From the NCBI RefSeq assembly GCF_036321535.1, contig NC_087436.1, positions 24,554,001-24,618,000 on the forward strand: a DNA stretch of 64,000 nt, read 5' to 3'. Below, one piece after another: positions 13,566 through 25,704 of this stretch (positions are counted from its first letter, which is position 1; every line of letters begins with the position of its first letter). The translations under genes and the position numbers were made by a program. The notes under the pieces are model-generated. The model saw only the letters and a program-made list of their open reading frames with translations. It did no database searches and was not told the origin of the DNA. Origin of the DNA: Camelus dromedarius. Its lineage: Eukaryota.

Positions 13566-15249
13566 TGATCAGAAAAGTTCTCTATGTTTTCTGACACTCC
13601 TTTGTGCCTTGCACACATGACAGCTGAGACTGTGCCAGGGAAAGTTTTTGTTGTTGTTGTTGTTGTTACTATCTCTATTTTATTTATTTATTTGTTTGTT
13701 TAAAATTAAAAAAAATTTTTTTTGTTATTTCTTTTTTTTAAGGGAAAGTTTTACTGTATGTCGTACACCATGGGTTGTAGGATCCACCAACTTTCGTGCG
13801 CTCACTAATGGCTAGATATGGATTAGATTCAAGTCAATATGGTAATCAGCTCCCTCTTTATTTTCCTGAGACAAGTGATTGAGTCTCTGTCCGGTGTAAC
13901 CCATTTTATCTCTGTATCCCAATGCACTGTATAAGACTCCTGTAAATATAGCTGGGGTATCCTTTGTGTGTGAAGTTAATGCTTTTATACATGTGCCTTT
14001 GGGTTTTTTTTTTTCCCTAGCAAGGTTGGTGTGTTTAAATTGGTTGATTGTCAGTCTTTTGGCTCTAGGATAGATACAACAAACAAAGTAAAAGCCAAGG
14101 ACTGTCTTTCAGTTTTTTGGTTAATGCCTTTTTTGGAGAAAAAGCAGTGGGGAGTGGGTGTGGAGTAATTCACAGGGACTTGTCCTGTGCACCTTTGGGG
14201 GCTGCAGCTGCCTCACCCAGCGCTGACCACCCTCCTCTCCAGAGCCCCAAGGCGGCACGGTGATGCTCAGCACAGATCAACACCTTGGGAATCAGCTGCT
14301 TCTAAATCTGCCGGATTCATTTTTAGTAGCAAAGAGTTCCCTGGAAAATGACAGTCAAAAATGCAGAAGAGGAATTCCTCCAGGGGTGTTTCTGGGGAAA
14401 AAAAGCATTCATTTTTCCTTACAAAGTCTGAAGTGTAGAACCCTCCCCTTCCTCTGACTCATGTTTAATTGTAATAGCAGAGATCTTAATGGCTGTTCTT
14501 CAGAAATTTTTTTCGTGGGTTACACTTATTTTTAGATTCTGTTTAAACCACAAGACATAAATAATGAGAGATAATTACTTGGAAGTAGTAAGAAAGGTCA
14601 TGATGTAACTTTTAAATTTAACTCAAGGAACATAGTGTGAAATAAAGTGGAGTAGATTGGGGCAAAGCACTACTTCAAAAATCAGATTTCCTAAGTTATC
14701 TTCTGGTCTCAGGTACTCTGGGTTGTAGATGAATAAATTCCTCAACTAATGAATGACGAGGCTACAAGTTGGAGCTCTTGAAAAGAAATTACTGTTTTAT
14801 CTAATTATAGAAGCAATGTATATACATTAGAAGAAAGTTTTATCTACAGAAAAGGATGAAAAAAAAAAAAACCCAAAGAAAAGTGTCCTGGAATTTTACT
14901 CCTCAGAAATAATCTCTATAGACTTTTAGGTTAATGTTTAAGTGTATTTTCCTTCCATGTTTAATGTAGATAATAATTTTTATCTAAAAATATACAGTTT
15001 GGAGATCTAGAGAATATGCTAAATAGTAGACTGCTTTCAGGAGGTTAGCATTCAGCGTTGTGAATAGTTTTAGCAATCCATGACATGTAGAAACACAATT
15101 TTGCTGACAAGCTGGTGGGTAGGAGTGAGTGAACTGGCTGGTGAGTCACATAGTAGCTATCAGGTGTCTGCTTGTCAATTTGGCTTTGTTGCTCTTGGCA
15201 AAGGAAGAGCAACTAATTGACAATTTGTGGTCAACACTGCTTAGTGCCT

Positions 15250-15695
15250 CCCAATACACACTCTCCCCTTCTTCATTGGTTAGACATATTGTCATCCAAC
15301 TAAAAGAAGACATTTCTAATTTCCTTAATAAATATGTGACTTAGTTTTGGTGAGTGAGATGTAAACAGAAGTATGCACAACTCCTGGGAAGTATTGTTTT
15401 TCCATTTCTCCTGGGGGTGGGATGAGATAGCTATGGATGGAGCTCAGCAGCCATATTGGACCTCGAGGTTGAGCACCTCAATTTAAAGAAGGCTGACTGT
15501 GAGCTGGAAAATATGTTGGATCCTGATAGTTTTGTGGAGCTACCATACTGGTCTTGGGCTGGCTACCCCCAGATTTCTTTTCTATTGAAGAGCAATACAT
15601 TTCTAACTTGTTTAAACTAATGTGAAAAAAATTTTTTGTTGTTTTAAAAAAACTTTTGTTCTTGTATTCAGCTAAACTTAATCCTAATATATGCA
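15250..15695 (+). mobile_element. ERVL LTR16-like relic
   Basis: GATGGAGCTCAGCAGCCATATTGGACC, TTCTAACTTGTTTAAAC and CAGCTAAACTTAATCCTAATA motifs. Confidence 0.6.
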
Positions 15696-16499
15696 GCCTT
15701 GTTTACTATCATTTACCTAATGTGGGGAGTTGTTGACTCACCTGTGGGAATACCAGGATGAAGTGATCTCATTGTGGAGGACAGAGCCAGGAGGCATCCT
15801 GGCCTTGTTTAATGTCTATTCATGTCTAGTCCTGCCTTGTGCTGTCTCCTGAGACCCAGGGCCTTTTGGCCAACCTGCAAACATAGCTCTTAGAAAGTGG
15901 GCCTTGCTCTATGTTTCTGTGGTGGGTAGGGTTTGGGCAAGGTGTCCCTTTAACCTCGCAGAGAAGGCCAGGACTGGCCAGGGGGGAGTAGCAGTCAAGA
16001 ACAACTAGAAGGTGAACGCATCCCCACATGGGTTTTAGCAATTGTTCTTTAAGGATGTCCAGGATCACTTGGGATTCCCGGAGACCATTTCAGAGAGTCC
16101 ATGAGGTCAAAATTATTTTTATAATAATACTAACATGTTACTTACCTTTTCCAAAACCTTTGAGAAATGCTGTTCTAGGTTTTCCTTAAAGAGAGCTTGT
16201 CTTGGACACACTGACATCCCCAACAGCTAAGAGCAGCAGCTGGAGATAATAATCAAAACAATGAGTTATGAATGGTGCTATCTTAAGGACTCTCTTCCGG
16301 GCTCTGTGATCTTCAGGGAAGATGGACCCAAAGACCTGAGGGTGGAGGAAAGAATGCCAAGTCCAGGGAGATGAGTGTTATGGCCTGAATTATGTTCCTG
16401 ATAAATTTATATGTTGAATTCTGACCCTCAGAACCCCAAAGTGTGACCTTATTTAGGAGTTCGGTGAATTTTTATTTATTTATTTATTTTTTTTTAGGT

Positions 16500-16953
16500 T
16501 TTGGCTTAGCAATATTTTTCTTTCTTTTAAAATCGAGGTATAATTGACCTACAGTGTTATATTAGTTTCAGGTATACAACATAATGATTCGATATATGTA
16601 TCTATTGTGATATGTTACCACAGTAAGTCTAATTAACATCTGGCACCACACATAGTTAGAAATTTTTTTTTTTGTAATCAGAACTTTTAAGATTTACTTT
16701 CTTAGCAACTTTTCTTTTTCTTTTTCTTTTTCTTTTTCTAACAGAGGTACTGGGACTTGAACCCAGGACCTTGTGCGTGCTAAGCACATGCTCTACCCCT
16801 GAGCTATACCCACCCCACCTTAGCAACTTTCGAATATGCAATACAGTATGCATTGTTAACTCTAGTCACCATGCTGTACTTTCCATCCCCATGACTTATT
16901 TGTTTTATAACTGTAAGTTTGTACCTTTTGATGCCCTCACACATTTCACCCAC
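16500..16953 (-). mobile_element. L1 3' UTR fragment (contains SINE)
   Basis: T-rich head, then TTTCAGGTATACAACATAATGATTCG...TTATAACTGTAAGTTTGTACCTTTTG. Confidence 0.85.
16713..16818 (-). mobile_element. Vic-1-like SINE nested in L1
   Basis: Exact TSD CTTAGCAACTTT (16701-16712 / 16819-16830) and a (CTTTTT)n tail. Confidence 0.93.
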
Positions 16954-19314
16954 CTGGGAAGTAGGTGACTTAGGAGCTCATAGAGATGAGGTCATTGGGG
17001 TGAGCTCTAATCCAATATGACTGATGTCCTTATAAAAAGAAGACAATTAGACCAAGGCCTGTATGGAGGGAAGACCATGTGGGGACACAGGCAGAAGACG
17101 GCCGTCTACAGGCCAGGAGAGAGGCCCTCAGAAGAAACCATCCCTGTCGACTCCTTGCTGCTGGACTTCTGGCCTCCTGCCTGTGGTGCTTTCCTGGCGC
17201 CCTCACCAACCAGTACAGCGGGTTTCCTAACACCTTGCAGCCGGCTGCAGAGGAGAGGAATGAGGCAGGTCTGCTTGTCACAGAATCACTGTCCCTGTTG
17301 ATGACTCCTACTATCCTGATGGCTATGACTCCACATTTGAAAAAAATTTTAATTGTCAGTTCCCCAGAGTTTGAAGAAAAGTTCTGAAAAGTGCAAGGGA
17401 CAGAACTTAAAGGAGTTATTTTAAGAGAGTAAATACGGGCCAGTGAGGAAATCTCTTCCTCCCTCTTTTTACAGATAGGGTGATGCACTGGATGTGGCTG
17501 CCCCAGGGCTGGGCTGGGCTGGGTAACCAACTGGAAAAGGCTTCCTACTGAGCAAGCAGGGGAGAAGCCCTGCCCTTGAGTGCCTCACACCAATCTGGGT
17601 GTTTCTAAGGCCTTTGGGGCTCCAGGGAGGGGCCTGGGGTGTGGTTGGGGAAAGAGGGAAAGCAGTGACCCTGGGTGTACTTCCTTCTGTCCGATTCTAT
17701 GTCCCCTTTTTCTCCTGACAGTTCCCCCAGACTGGAAAATGCTAGCATTTCTCTTGTCTCCTCCTGTCCAGTTGGACAGTGAGCCCTATGGCCGAGTCAG
17801 GGTGATCAACGCCCCTGGTTTGCCTGAACCTGAAGGATTTGCTGTTGAAACCAGATCAGTCCTGGGAAAACTGGGATGAGGCGATCACCCTAGGCCTGGC
17901 CCTCTCAAACCCCTGGGGTCTCATTCCATACACATTGCGAGGAATCCTGTGCTGTGTTGAGTCAACTTAGCTTTTTATTTTTCTTTTTTTTTTTAAAATT
18001 ATATATAAAGCAAACCTTTGTGTTGAGGGCTGACTTTTAGTAGGTCTCAGCGAAGGAGCTGCTCTGCTACAGACGAAACGCTGACTCTCTCTGTGTCAAC
18101 CTGGCTTTGTGTTAGCTAAAGACATTGAAGAAATCTCTTTGTCTTTGTAGTTCTCGGGGTGGGGAATTCCCATCTCCCTAAGAGGTATTTGGAAAAGATT
18201 GGGAGCAGTTTTTTCTTTTTTTAATTGCAAACATAACTGTAGCGTGCTACCGGCATTCAGCGAGGTGGGGGTATGCCCGTGACAGTCCCCAAAATGAATC
18301 ACTGTCCCACTTAAAATGCGAGTGGTGACCCATTGATAGCTTGGGCAGGACTGCCTAAACTTGTCTTTCGAGCTCAAAGTCTTGCCACCAAATCTCTCTT
18401 CTCTCTTGCTCTGGGGCCTTAAGTCTCAGTGATGTCTCCGGGGATGGGGAGGCTACAGCATATAATTTAAAGAAGGAAATTGCCTACAGAGGTATGATAC
18501 TTGCAAAATATTACCTTCTTACAAAACAAGGGCCTCAAAGTCTCTGTGGTTAGTGAAAAAGGGCTTTGGAGCAAGAACTAGATGTCTCCTAGAGGATAAG
18601 AACAAGGTAAAATACTGAAAAGAAGGCTACAGAGTGAAGCGGAATGAATCTCTTAGCCACTGGGGTTCAGTGGCAATAACCAACTCCTCAGTGAAGAGGA
18701 ATTGGAGATTGAGCCCAGAAACTTCCATGATAACCCTTACAGGTCATTGTATAACTAACTATGTATACAGTTTTCATTGTAGTGCAAATCCATTTGTCAT
18801 CTTCATAAAATTCCAACTTCGGTCCTTGTAACATAGAGCTGCTTGGACAGGACTAGGTTTAGCACGGAGATTCTGAAGCTCAGAGTGGCAAGAATGGGTG
18901 AGAATCACCCCTGATAAAATGTTATCTTCCCCAGGCTTTTAGTTTTCCCTGCAGGGGGTGCTCTATAGTACAGAAACTGAAGAGTCCCTACAACAAAGCC
19001 AGCTCAAAACAATTTCTAGTTTACATAGAGGCTCTTTTTATTGCTTGTAACATAATTATTATAATACTTACTTGATAATCTTCTTGGAATATGTTTATCC
19101 CTGAACTCTCTAATATTTACTAAACACCTACTGCAACCCTTTTCCTAGCCTGTCTTCTTCCTTTACTGCAGAGGCTGGAAAGCTAAAAATAATTCCCAGA
19201 CTCGCTTGCAGCTGGAGTTTTAGGTTCCAGCAAGCACTACCACACGGCTGGTTTTCCTGGGGCAGCTGGGTTATGTCTGTTGTCACAGCAGAATTATTAA
19301 AAGTATCCCCTTCA

Positions 19315-19540
19315 AATGTAGTTTGGTGCAGCCATTATGGAAAACAGACATTCCTTAAAAAACTGAAAATAGACTTACCTTATGATCCAGCAATCCCACT
19401 CCTGGGCATACATCTGGAGGAAAGTCTAATTCAAAGAGATACATGTACCCCAATGTTCGTAGTAGCACTATTTACAATAGCTAAGATGTGGAAGCAACCT
19501 AAATATCCATTGACGGATGATTGGATAAAGAAGATGTGGT

Positions 19541-19545
<5 letters not shown>
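19315..19545 (+). mobile_element. L1 ORF2 C-terminal fragment
   Basis: [19 protein letters not shown]...MFVVALFTIAKMWKQPKYPLTDDWIKKMW within ORF 19273-19749. Confidence 0.92.

Positions 19546-19574
<29 letters not shown>
19543..19574. repeat. (CA)n microsatellite
   Basis: About 16 AC units. Confidence 0.95.
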
Positions 19575-19580
<6 letters not shown>

Positions 19581-19583
19581 TCA

Positions 19584-19662
19584 ATCCATGTTGCTGCAAA
19601 TGGCACTGTTCTTTTTATGGCCGAATAATATTCCATTGTATAAATATACCACAACTTCTTTA
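19584..19662 (-). mobile_element. L1 ORF2 C-terminal fragment, opposite strand
   Basis: [16 protein letters not shown]...PFAATW within minus ORF 19499-19684. Confidence 0.88.
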
Positions 19663-19784
19663 GGGATCCAGATGCTTTTGACATTGGACACCCTTGCAGT
19701 GAGCTTTCTCTCTCTTCAGAAAGGACCTCCTGATTCTATCCGGGGCTGAGGTGGTAGTGGTTACAGTAGATCTCCCCCACTCCC

Positions 19785-19874
19785 CTTTTTTTTTTAAATG
19801 GAGGTACTGGGGATTGAATCCAGGACCTCATGCATGCTAAGCACGCACTCTTCCTCTGAGCTATACTCTTCCCC
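19785..19874 (-). mobile_element. Vic-1-like SINE
   Basis: GGAGGTACTGGGGATTGAATCCAGGACC...TGAGCTATACTCTTCCCC. Confidence 0.92.
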
Positions 19875-19905
19875 TGCAGATTTCTCTTAATAGTGGTACA
19901 GTCCT

Positions 19906-20038
19906 GGGGGAGGGTACAACTCATTGTAAAGCACATGTTTAGCATGTATGAAGTCCTGTGTTCAATCCCCAGTACCCCCTCTAAAAATAAATAAATAAAT
20001 AAACTGACTACCCTCCCCCCAAAAAAACCTAAAAAAAA
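19906..20038 (+). mobile_element. Vic-1-like SINE
   Basis: GGGGGAGGGTAC...GTTCAATCCCCAGTACC. Imperfect TSD AATAGTGGTACAGTCCT / AATAGAGGTAAAGTCCT. Confidence 0.92.
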
Positions 20039-20321
20039 AATAGAGGTAAAGTCCTCCCTTAAGGGATATGTGTGGGTTCTTGCATCACTGGTCATGGTGA
20101 CAGTAAGTTGCTACCAGAATTGATTGAAAAACTCATGTAAATCACCCTGGAGGGCTTTTGGAAATATACAGAAAGAGGAACCCTGGGAAAAGACTGGACT
20201 TCCTGTTACTCAAGCAGTGAGTGCTCAGAACGTTAAGACGTGGAGTAGTTTTTCAAATGTGGCCTCGTTTATGCTCTTAAGCAAATGAAACCTGAGCATT
20301 CCATTCATAGACTTGATTATG

Positions 20322-20327
<6 letters not shown>

Positions 20328-20387
<60 letters not shown>
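20328..20387. repeat. (TTA)n microsatellite
   Basis: About 20 perfect units; gives the spurious poly-Leu ORF 20285-20479. Confidence 0.97.
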
Positions 20388-20388
<1 letters not shown>

Positions 20389-20679
20389 TTGCATAAGAAA
20401 AACTTTACTGGCTCCTCTTATTGCCAGGAAAAAGTGCAAACTCTTTTACATAATAATCAATGCTTCTCACGCCAGCTGACTCTAACCAACCCTTCACATC
20501 TAGTCTTTCCTCCCCACTCTCCATGCCCTGGCTACGCTGTATTAATTACACTTCTCCAGATGTGACAGGTATGTTCACGCCTCTGTGCCATTGCTCTGAC
20601 TGTTTCATACGTTTGGAATGCCCTTCCTGTCCTGGACTAGTCTACTCACCCTTGAAGTCTCAGAGCAACTAATAATAAT

Positions 20680-20870
20680 GATGACAGCTAGTAATTAAGC
20701 GCTTGTTACAGGCCTGGTACTGTTCTAAGCACTGCACGTGGTTTTTGTCTTTTAAGTTTCACAGCAGATATGAGATAGGTACTATTATTATCCTCATTTA
20801 CCACTGAAGAAATAAAGGCATAAGGAAGGCACTTAGGAAGTGAGTGCCAGAGCCAGAATTTGAACCCAGC
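20680..20870 (-). mobile_element. MIR
   Basis: AGGTACTATTATTATCCTCATTT...GAAGAAA...AGAGCCAGAATTTGAACCCAG. Confidence 0.8.
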
Positions 20871-21149
20871 TCTTGACTAAAATTTGCATGGTTTTCCCAG
20901 CCCTGAGTCCACTCCTGCAGCAGAATTCACCTTCTTTTCTGTGCTTCCACGAACCCAAACAGGGTTAAAGACAGTTGTTTTCTATCTTTGCAGTCTGCTT
21001 GTTGGTACTCTCCCTAACATGTAGTAGATGTCAACAAATGTGTGATGGTTGGTTTTAGGTATTAACTTGGCTAGGTTATAGTACTAGTTATTCAAACACT
21101 ACTCTAGATGTTGCTATGCAGATGTGATTAACATATACAATCAGTTGAC

Positions 21150-22699
21150 TTTATTTCTTTTTCTTCCAGTTTTATTGAGATACAATTGACAGACAGCACT
21201 GTACAAGTTTAAAGTGTGTACAACATGGTAAGTACAATTAACACTGCTGTATGTTACATATGAAAGTTAAGACAGTAAATTCTAAGAGTTCGCATCAGGA
21301 GAAAAAAGTTTTCTTGTCTCTCTTTAATTTTGTACCTATAAGAGATGATGAATGTTTACTAAACTTATTGTGATAATCTCTTCATGATGTATGTAAATCA
21401 AATCATTATGCTGTACACCTTAAACCTATGCAGTGCTGTATGTCAATTATAGTTCAATAAAACTGGAAGAAGAGAAAAAAAGTTTATGGTGTACAGGATA
21501 ATAATTTGATTTACACACACCATAGAATGATTATCACAATAAGTTTAGTGAACATCCATCATCTCTTAGAAACATAAGATTAAAGAGAAAAAAATTTTTT
21601 TTGGTCGTGAGAACTCTGGATTTACTCTCTTTCATATATAACATACATCTGTGTTAATTATATTTATCATGTTGTACATTATATCCCTAACACTTATTTA
21701 TCTTATAACTGAAGTTTATAGTACCTTTTGACTGCCTTTATCCAATTCCCCATCCCCACCCCTCTGGTAATCACAAATCCGATCTCTTTTTCTGTAAGTT
21801 TGTTTTTTGAAGTGTAATTGACTTATAACACTACATTAGTTCCCGTTACACAATGTAGTGAGTTTTTCCTAGACATTTCAAGATGATCACCAAGATAAGT
21901 CTAGTAACAATATGTCACCATACGAAGATGTTATTTTGTTATTGACAGTATTCCCCACACTGTACATTTCATACCTGTGACTCATTTATTTTGCAACTAG
22001 AAGTTTATACCTCTTAATGTCTCTCATCTATTTCTTTCCTCCCCCCACCTCCCCTTCCTCTGGTAACCATCTGTTCTCTGTACCTATAAGTCTGTTTCTG
22101 TTTTGTTATGTTTGTTCATTTGTTTTGTTCTTTAGACTACACATATAAGTGAAATCATACAGTATTTGTCTTTTTCTGACTTATTTCCCTTAGCATAATA
22201 CTCTCTAGGTCTATCCATGTTGTCACAAATGGCAAGATTTCATTATTTTTTATGGCTGAGTAATATTCCATTGTATATCTATATATCTGTATCTATATAT
22301 CTGACGTCTTCTTTATCCTTTCATCTATTGATGAGACACTTGGTTGCTTTCATATCTTGGCTATTGAAAATAATGCTGCCATGAACATAGGAGTGCAGAT
22401 ATCTTTTCTAATTTGTATTTTTGTTTTCTTTGGATACATACCCAGGAGTGGAATTGCTGGATCATATAGCAATTTTTAACTTTTTGAGGAATCTTCATAC
22501 TGTTTTCCATAGTGGCTGCACCAATTTACATTCTCACCAACAGTGCACAAGTGTTCCCTGTTCTCCAAATCTTGGCCAATACTTGTTGTTTCTTGTCCTT
22601 TTGATAATAGCCATTCCAATAGGTGTGAGATGATACTTTGTTGTGGTTTTGATTTGCATTTCCCTGATGGTTAGTGATGCTGAGCATCTTTTCAGGTGC
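21150..22699 (-). mobile_element. L1 3' region (ORF2 end + 3' UTR) with TSD
   Basis: Canonical antisense L1 motifs (CCAGGAGTGGAATTGCTGGATCATA, GTGGTTTTGATTTGCATTTCCCTGATG). TSD ACAATCAGTTGA at 21137-21148 and 22700-22711. Confidence 0.93.
21223..21480 (+). mobile_element. L1 3' end nested in opposite orientation
   Basis: Ends CTGTACACCTTAAACC...TCAATAAAACTGGAAGAAGAGAAAAAA. Imperfect TSD AAGTTTA..GTGTACA on both sides. Confidence 0.8.
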
Positions 22700-23220
22700 A
22701 CAATCAGTTGATTTTAAGGATATCGTTCTTGATATCTGAATGGGCCTAATTCAGTGAAATGAAAGGCTTTAAGAGTGAAACTGATGTTTGCATAAGGACT
22801 ATAGTGACTTTCCAGCTTGCTGGCCTGCTCTTTGGATTTCCAACTTGCCTAGCCAGTCCCCATAATTTCATCAGCCACATCTTTGAAATAAATCTCTGTC
22901 TCTTTCTCTGGTAGAACCTGATACACATGTTGAACCTCACAGCAGGCTTAATTCAAGTTTGTATCTCACTAAATAACAAATGATTACATATCATGAATCT
23001 TTGGAGCTGCTTGAGTGTAATGGATACCTCAAGTGTTGAATTAACAAATTATAAAGGTAGTACAATGCTAACTTGAGACTTCAGGATCTCTCCCAAGTAC
23101 CCTCATTTCATGATTGGATACCAGCTTTCAAATGTCCTATTCCATTGCCTTAAAGAAGAAAGGGCCTTCTGTCCTTAGAAATGGGAAAAGACAAGTCAAA
23201 CAGATTTGACAGGGCTCAGC

Positions 23221-23366
23221 CCTTCCTTCCTTCCTTCCTTCCTTCCTTCCTTCCTTCCTTCCTTCCTTCCTTCCTTCCTTCCATGGAGGTACTGGTGGTT
23301 GAACCCAGGACCTCATTCATGCTAAATATCTGCTCTACCACTGAGCTATGTCCAGTCCCCCACCCC
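23221..23366 (-). mobile_element. Vic-1-like SINE with (CCTT)n tail
   Basis: ATGGAGGTACTGGTGGTTGAACCCAGGACC...CTCTACCACTGAGCTAT, preceded by (CCTT)~15. Confidence 0.9.
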
Positions 23367-25704
23367 CAGCCATTTTTCAATTGGATAGTATTTCTTGTCT
23401 CCCTTACCGTATCCAAAGATAACTTACTGAGAACAGGGGACTATTTTGAATGGAGTAATCCCTGCTTAAGCAAGCAGATATGGTCAGGCTACTGATGCGT
23501 ATCTAGTTAGAAAGATTTTTGCCTTACTGGTGGAATAGATAAGGTTAAAGACGATAATCCCCCCTGTGAAGAAATGCTCAAGTTCCTCCTGTGGAATATC
23601 TAATATCCTTCTCTTTAAATCTAGAGGTGAGGAGTGGTCATGGGGGAGACACGACCCTGCACATCGCTCATTCTTAGTGATGGATGTTAGCAGGGGATGC
23701 CTGGGCTCTGCAATGACCGTGGCAGTGATGGACCTGGACTTAACTCTTTTAATTGTCATAAGTGACTGTACACTAGCTTTTCTGCTTTGCTTCATGCTCC
23801 TTTTATGGGCTTTGTGCATCAGAGAATGCAGGCATGCATCTTTAGTAAATAGTGTTGATATGAGGCACCAAGGACCTTATAGAAATTTCTCCATTGGCAT
23901 GCTGCCAGTCAACATCACCTTCTGTGTCTCCTCCATATGTGCCTTGCATCTGGGTCAGAATATACCACTTACTGTTCAATAAAAGCAGGGCTGTACTCAA
24001 AACTGTTCATATCTGTTTTTGCTCATGGGGTTTCCTTGGCCTGGAATGTCCTTTGTTCCCATTTGTACATGTCAGAAATTTTATTCATAATTTGATCATC
24101 GCAACCAAATCGTTTCTGTTCCTTCTATAGGATCCCCTCCTCTGCTGAGTCACTACATTAGCACTTGATTTACATTTCGAGGAAGGCCCTTGCCTTGCTC
24201 CACCCAAGTCACTGCTGCACAGACGTGGTACACGTGAGGTATCCGCATGTCAGTGACATTGGCAGTGACCGCTTCCTCCTGCATTAGGTTCGAACTGTCC
24301 ACCTGCCTAGCCCGGAAAAATTGCCACGAGGACAAGCTACTAGTGTTCAGGGGCGGCTGACCACCACTGATCCCTTTCACTGTAACTTTAAAGTGAAAAT
24401 TACTTTTTTTTGACCTCAGGGAAAAGCCATATTTCATCTCTCAGGTGTTATGACCTTACCTTGTCCCCATACAAATTGCTTTTAGGATCAGCATGTTTCT
24501 TTAGCCAAAATGTGCCTTAAAACATCCAAAATTTTCTAAATATCCAGAGAAAAGAGTCTGTCTCATAATTTCAGAACTTCTTGAAACTTCGATGAGGCCA
24601 GCCTTACATTTCCACCTAGCAGTTATTACTGTATTAGAACGGGAGCAAGTAAAAGTTAAAGTTATAAACCTAGACCTTAGGCCTTTCACCCAAATGCATG
24701 TATTTCAAATTCTTTGACTACACACTAGATGTCACTCTCTACCCAGTGAATTTCAGAGCTAAGCATTGTGAGTTAATTAGAAAAGGAGGCTCTTTGGAAA
24801 AGAGTTTGTAAGTGGCTGCAAAACATATTTTCAATTACTTCCAGATAGGACATCTCCCCCCAGCCCCACACACACAGTATGCAAGAGGCACTCATTGTTT
24901 CTTTGGTAAAAATAAACCCTTCAAAACTCATTAGAGGAAAGAGGAATAAAACTGGTGGCAATCTTTTATTTTTCCAGCCCTATGGCCCGGGGGTGTGTGC
25001 AGGTGCGAGGCTGGACTGAAATCGGCTGCCTCTGAAGTGGTTTCCTCAGCAGAGGGCGGAACTGTAGATGGGTGTCAGCATTTGAATCTGTTCCTGCAGA
25101 TGTAGGGAATTCCCACACCCAGTCCTCTCAACACCATTTCCATCTGAAAAGACCCTTTGAATGTGAAGGAAGCATCATTGACTTAATTTCATTTTCTGGA
25201 TTTAACTGGCATTTTCAATCATGAAACATACGTGTGGACTTTTTAATTGGATTACCCAGGTGAAGGAAACGTAGAGAATCAATGATGCATGAAGGAAACT
25301 CTTCTCTTTTTACCTTCTTTTTTTTTTTAATTGAAATATAATTGACTTATGATAGGAAGTTCTTTATTTCCAGGTTGTTTAGGCTGGAACAATAAGCAGT
25401 GTTTCGTTGGTGATTGCCACATCCCCTTTTATTCCTGAAGGTTGACTAAAGAGTGGTTCTCTCGGAGCTGGTGAACAGGGCAAGTCCACGTGGTATTGTT
25501 TTGTTTAAACTCTCTCATGACTTTTACACCACAGATGCTCCCTAAATTTCAAAATTTCTTTACGCTTTCAAAACTGCAAAGGGAAAGAAGGAGCATCTTG
25601 GTGATTTGCTGGTGATACTGCTTTTGATGGCTTTGGTCAACCTTGGGTATTTGAACTGGTCAAGAGTTCCAGAACTGCTTTTCATGTTAAGTAACTTAAA
25701 CTTT

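Larger units (their letters stand above)
16376..17180 (+). mobile_element. MaLR LTR (MLT1B-like) interrupted by L1 and SINE
   Basis: 5' part TGTTATGGCCTGAAT...GTGACCTTATTTAGG (16376-16457). Resumes at ~16956 with GATGAGGTCAT...CTAATCCAATATGACTGATGTCCTTATAAAAAGA...GGACTTCTGGCCTCC. Confidence 0.85.
19130..19770 (+). mobile_element. LTR33-like relic interrupted by L1 pieces
   Basis: CAGAGGCTGGAAAGCTAAAAATAATTCCCAGACTCGCTTGCAGCT at ~19170-19215. The continuation after 19662 is less certain. Confidence 0.55.
21041..22930 (+). mobile_element. ERVL LTR (MLT2-like) split by a 1.55 kb L1 insertion
   Basis: TGTGATGGTT...AACTTGGCTAGG to 21148, resuming at 22700 through CCAGCTTGCTGGCCTGC...TCTCTGGTAGAACCTGA. 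Confidence 0.8.

Noticed and set aside
20285..20479. Poly-Leu 'signal peptide/TM' ORF
   Set aside because: Translation of the (TTA)n microsatellite.
23181..23495. PSFL-repeat ORF
   Set aside because: Translation of (CCTT)n plus a SINE.
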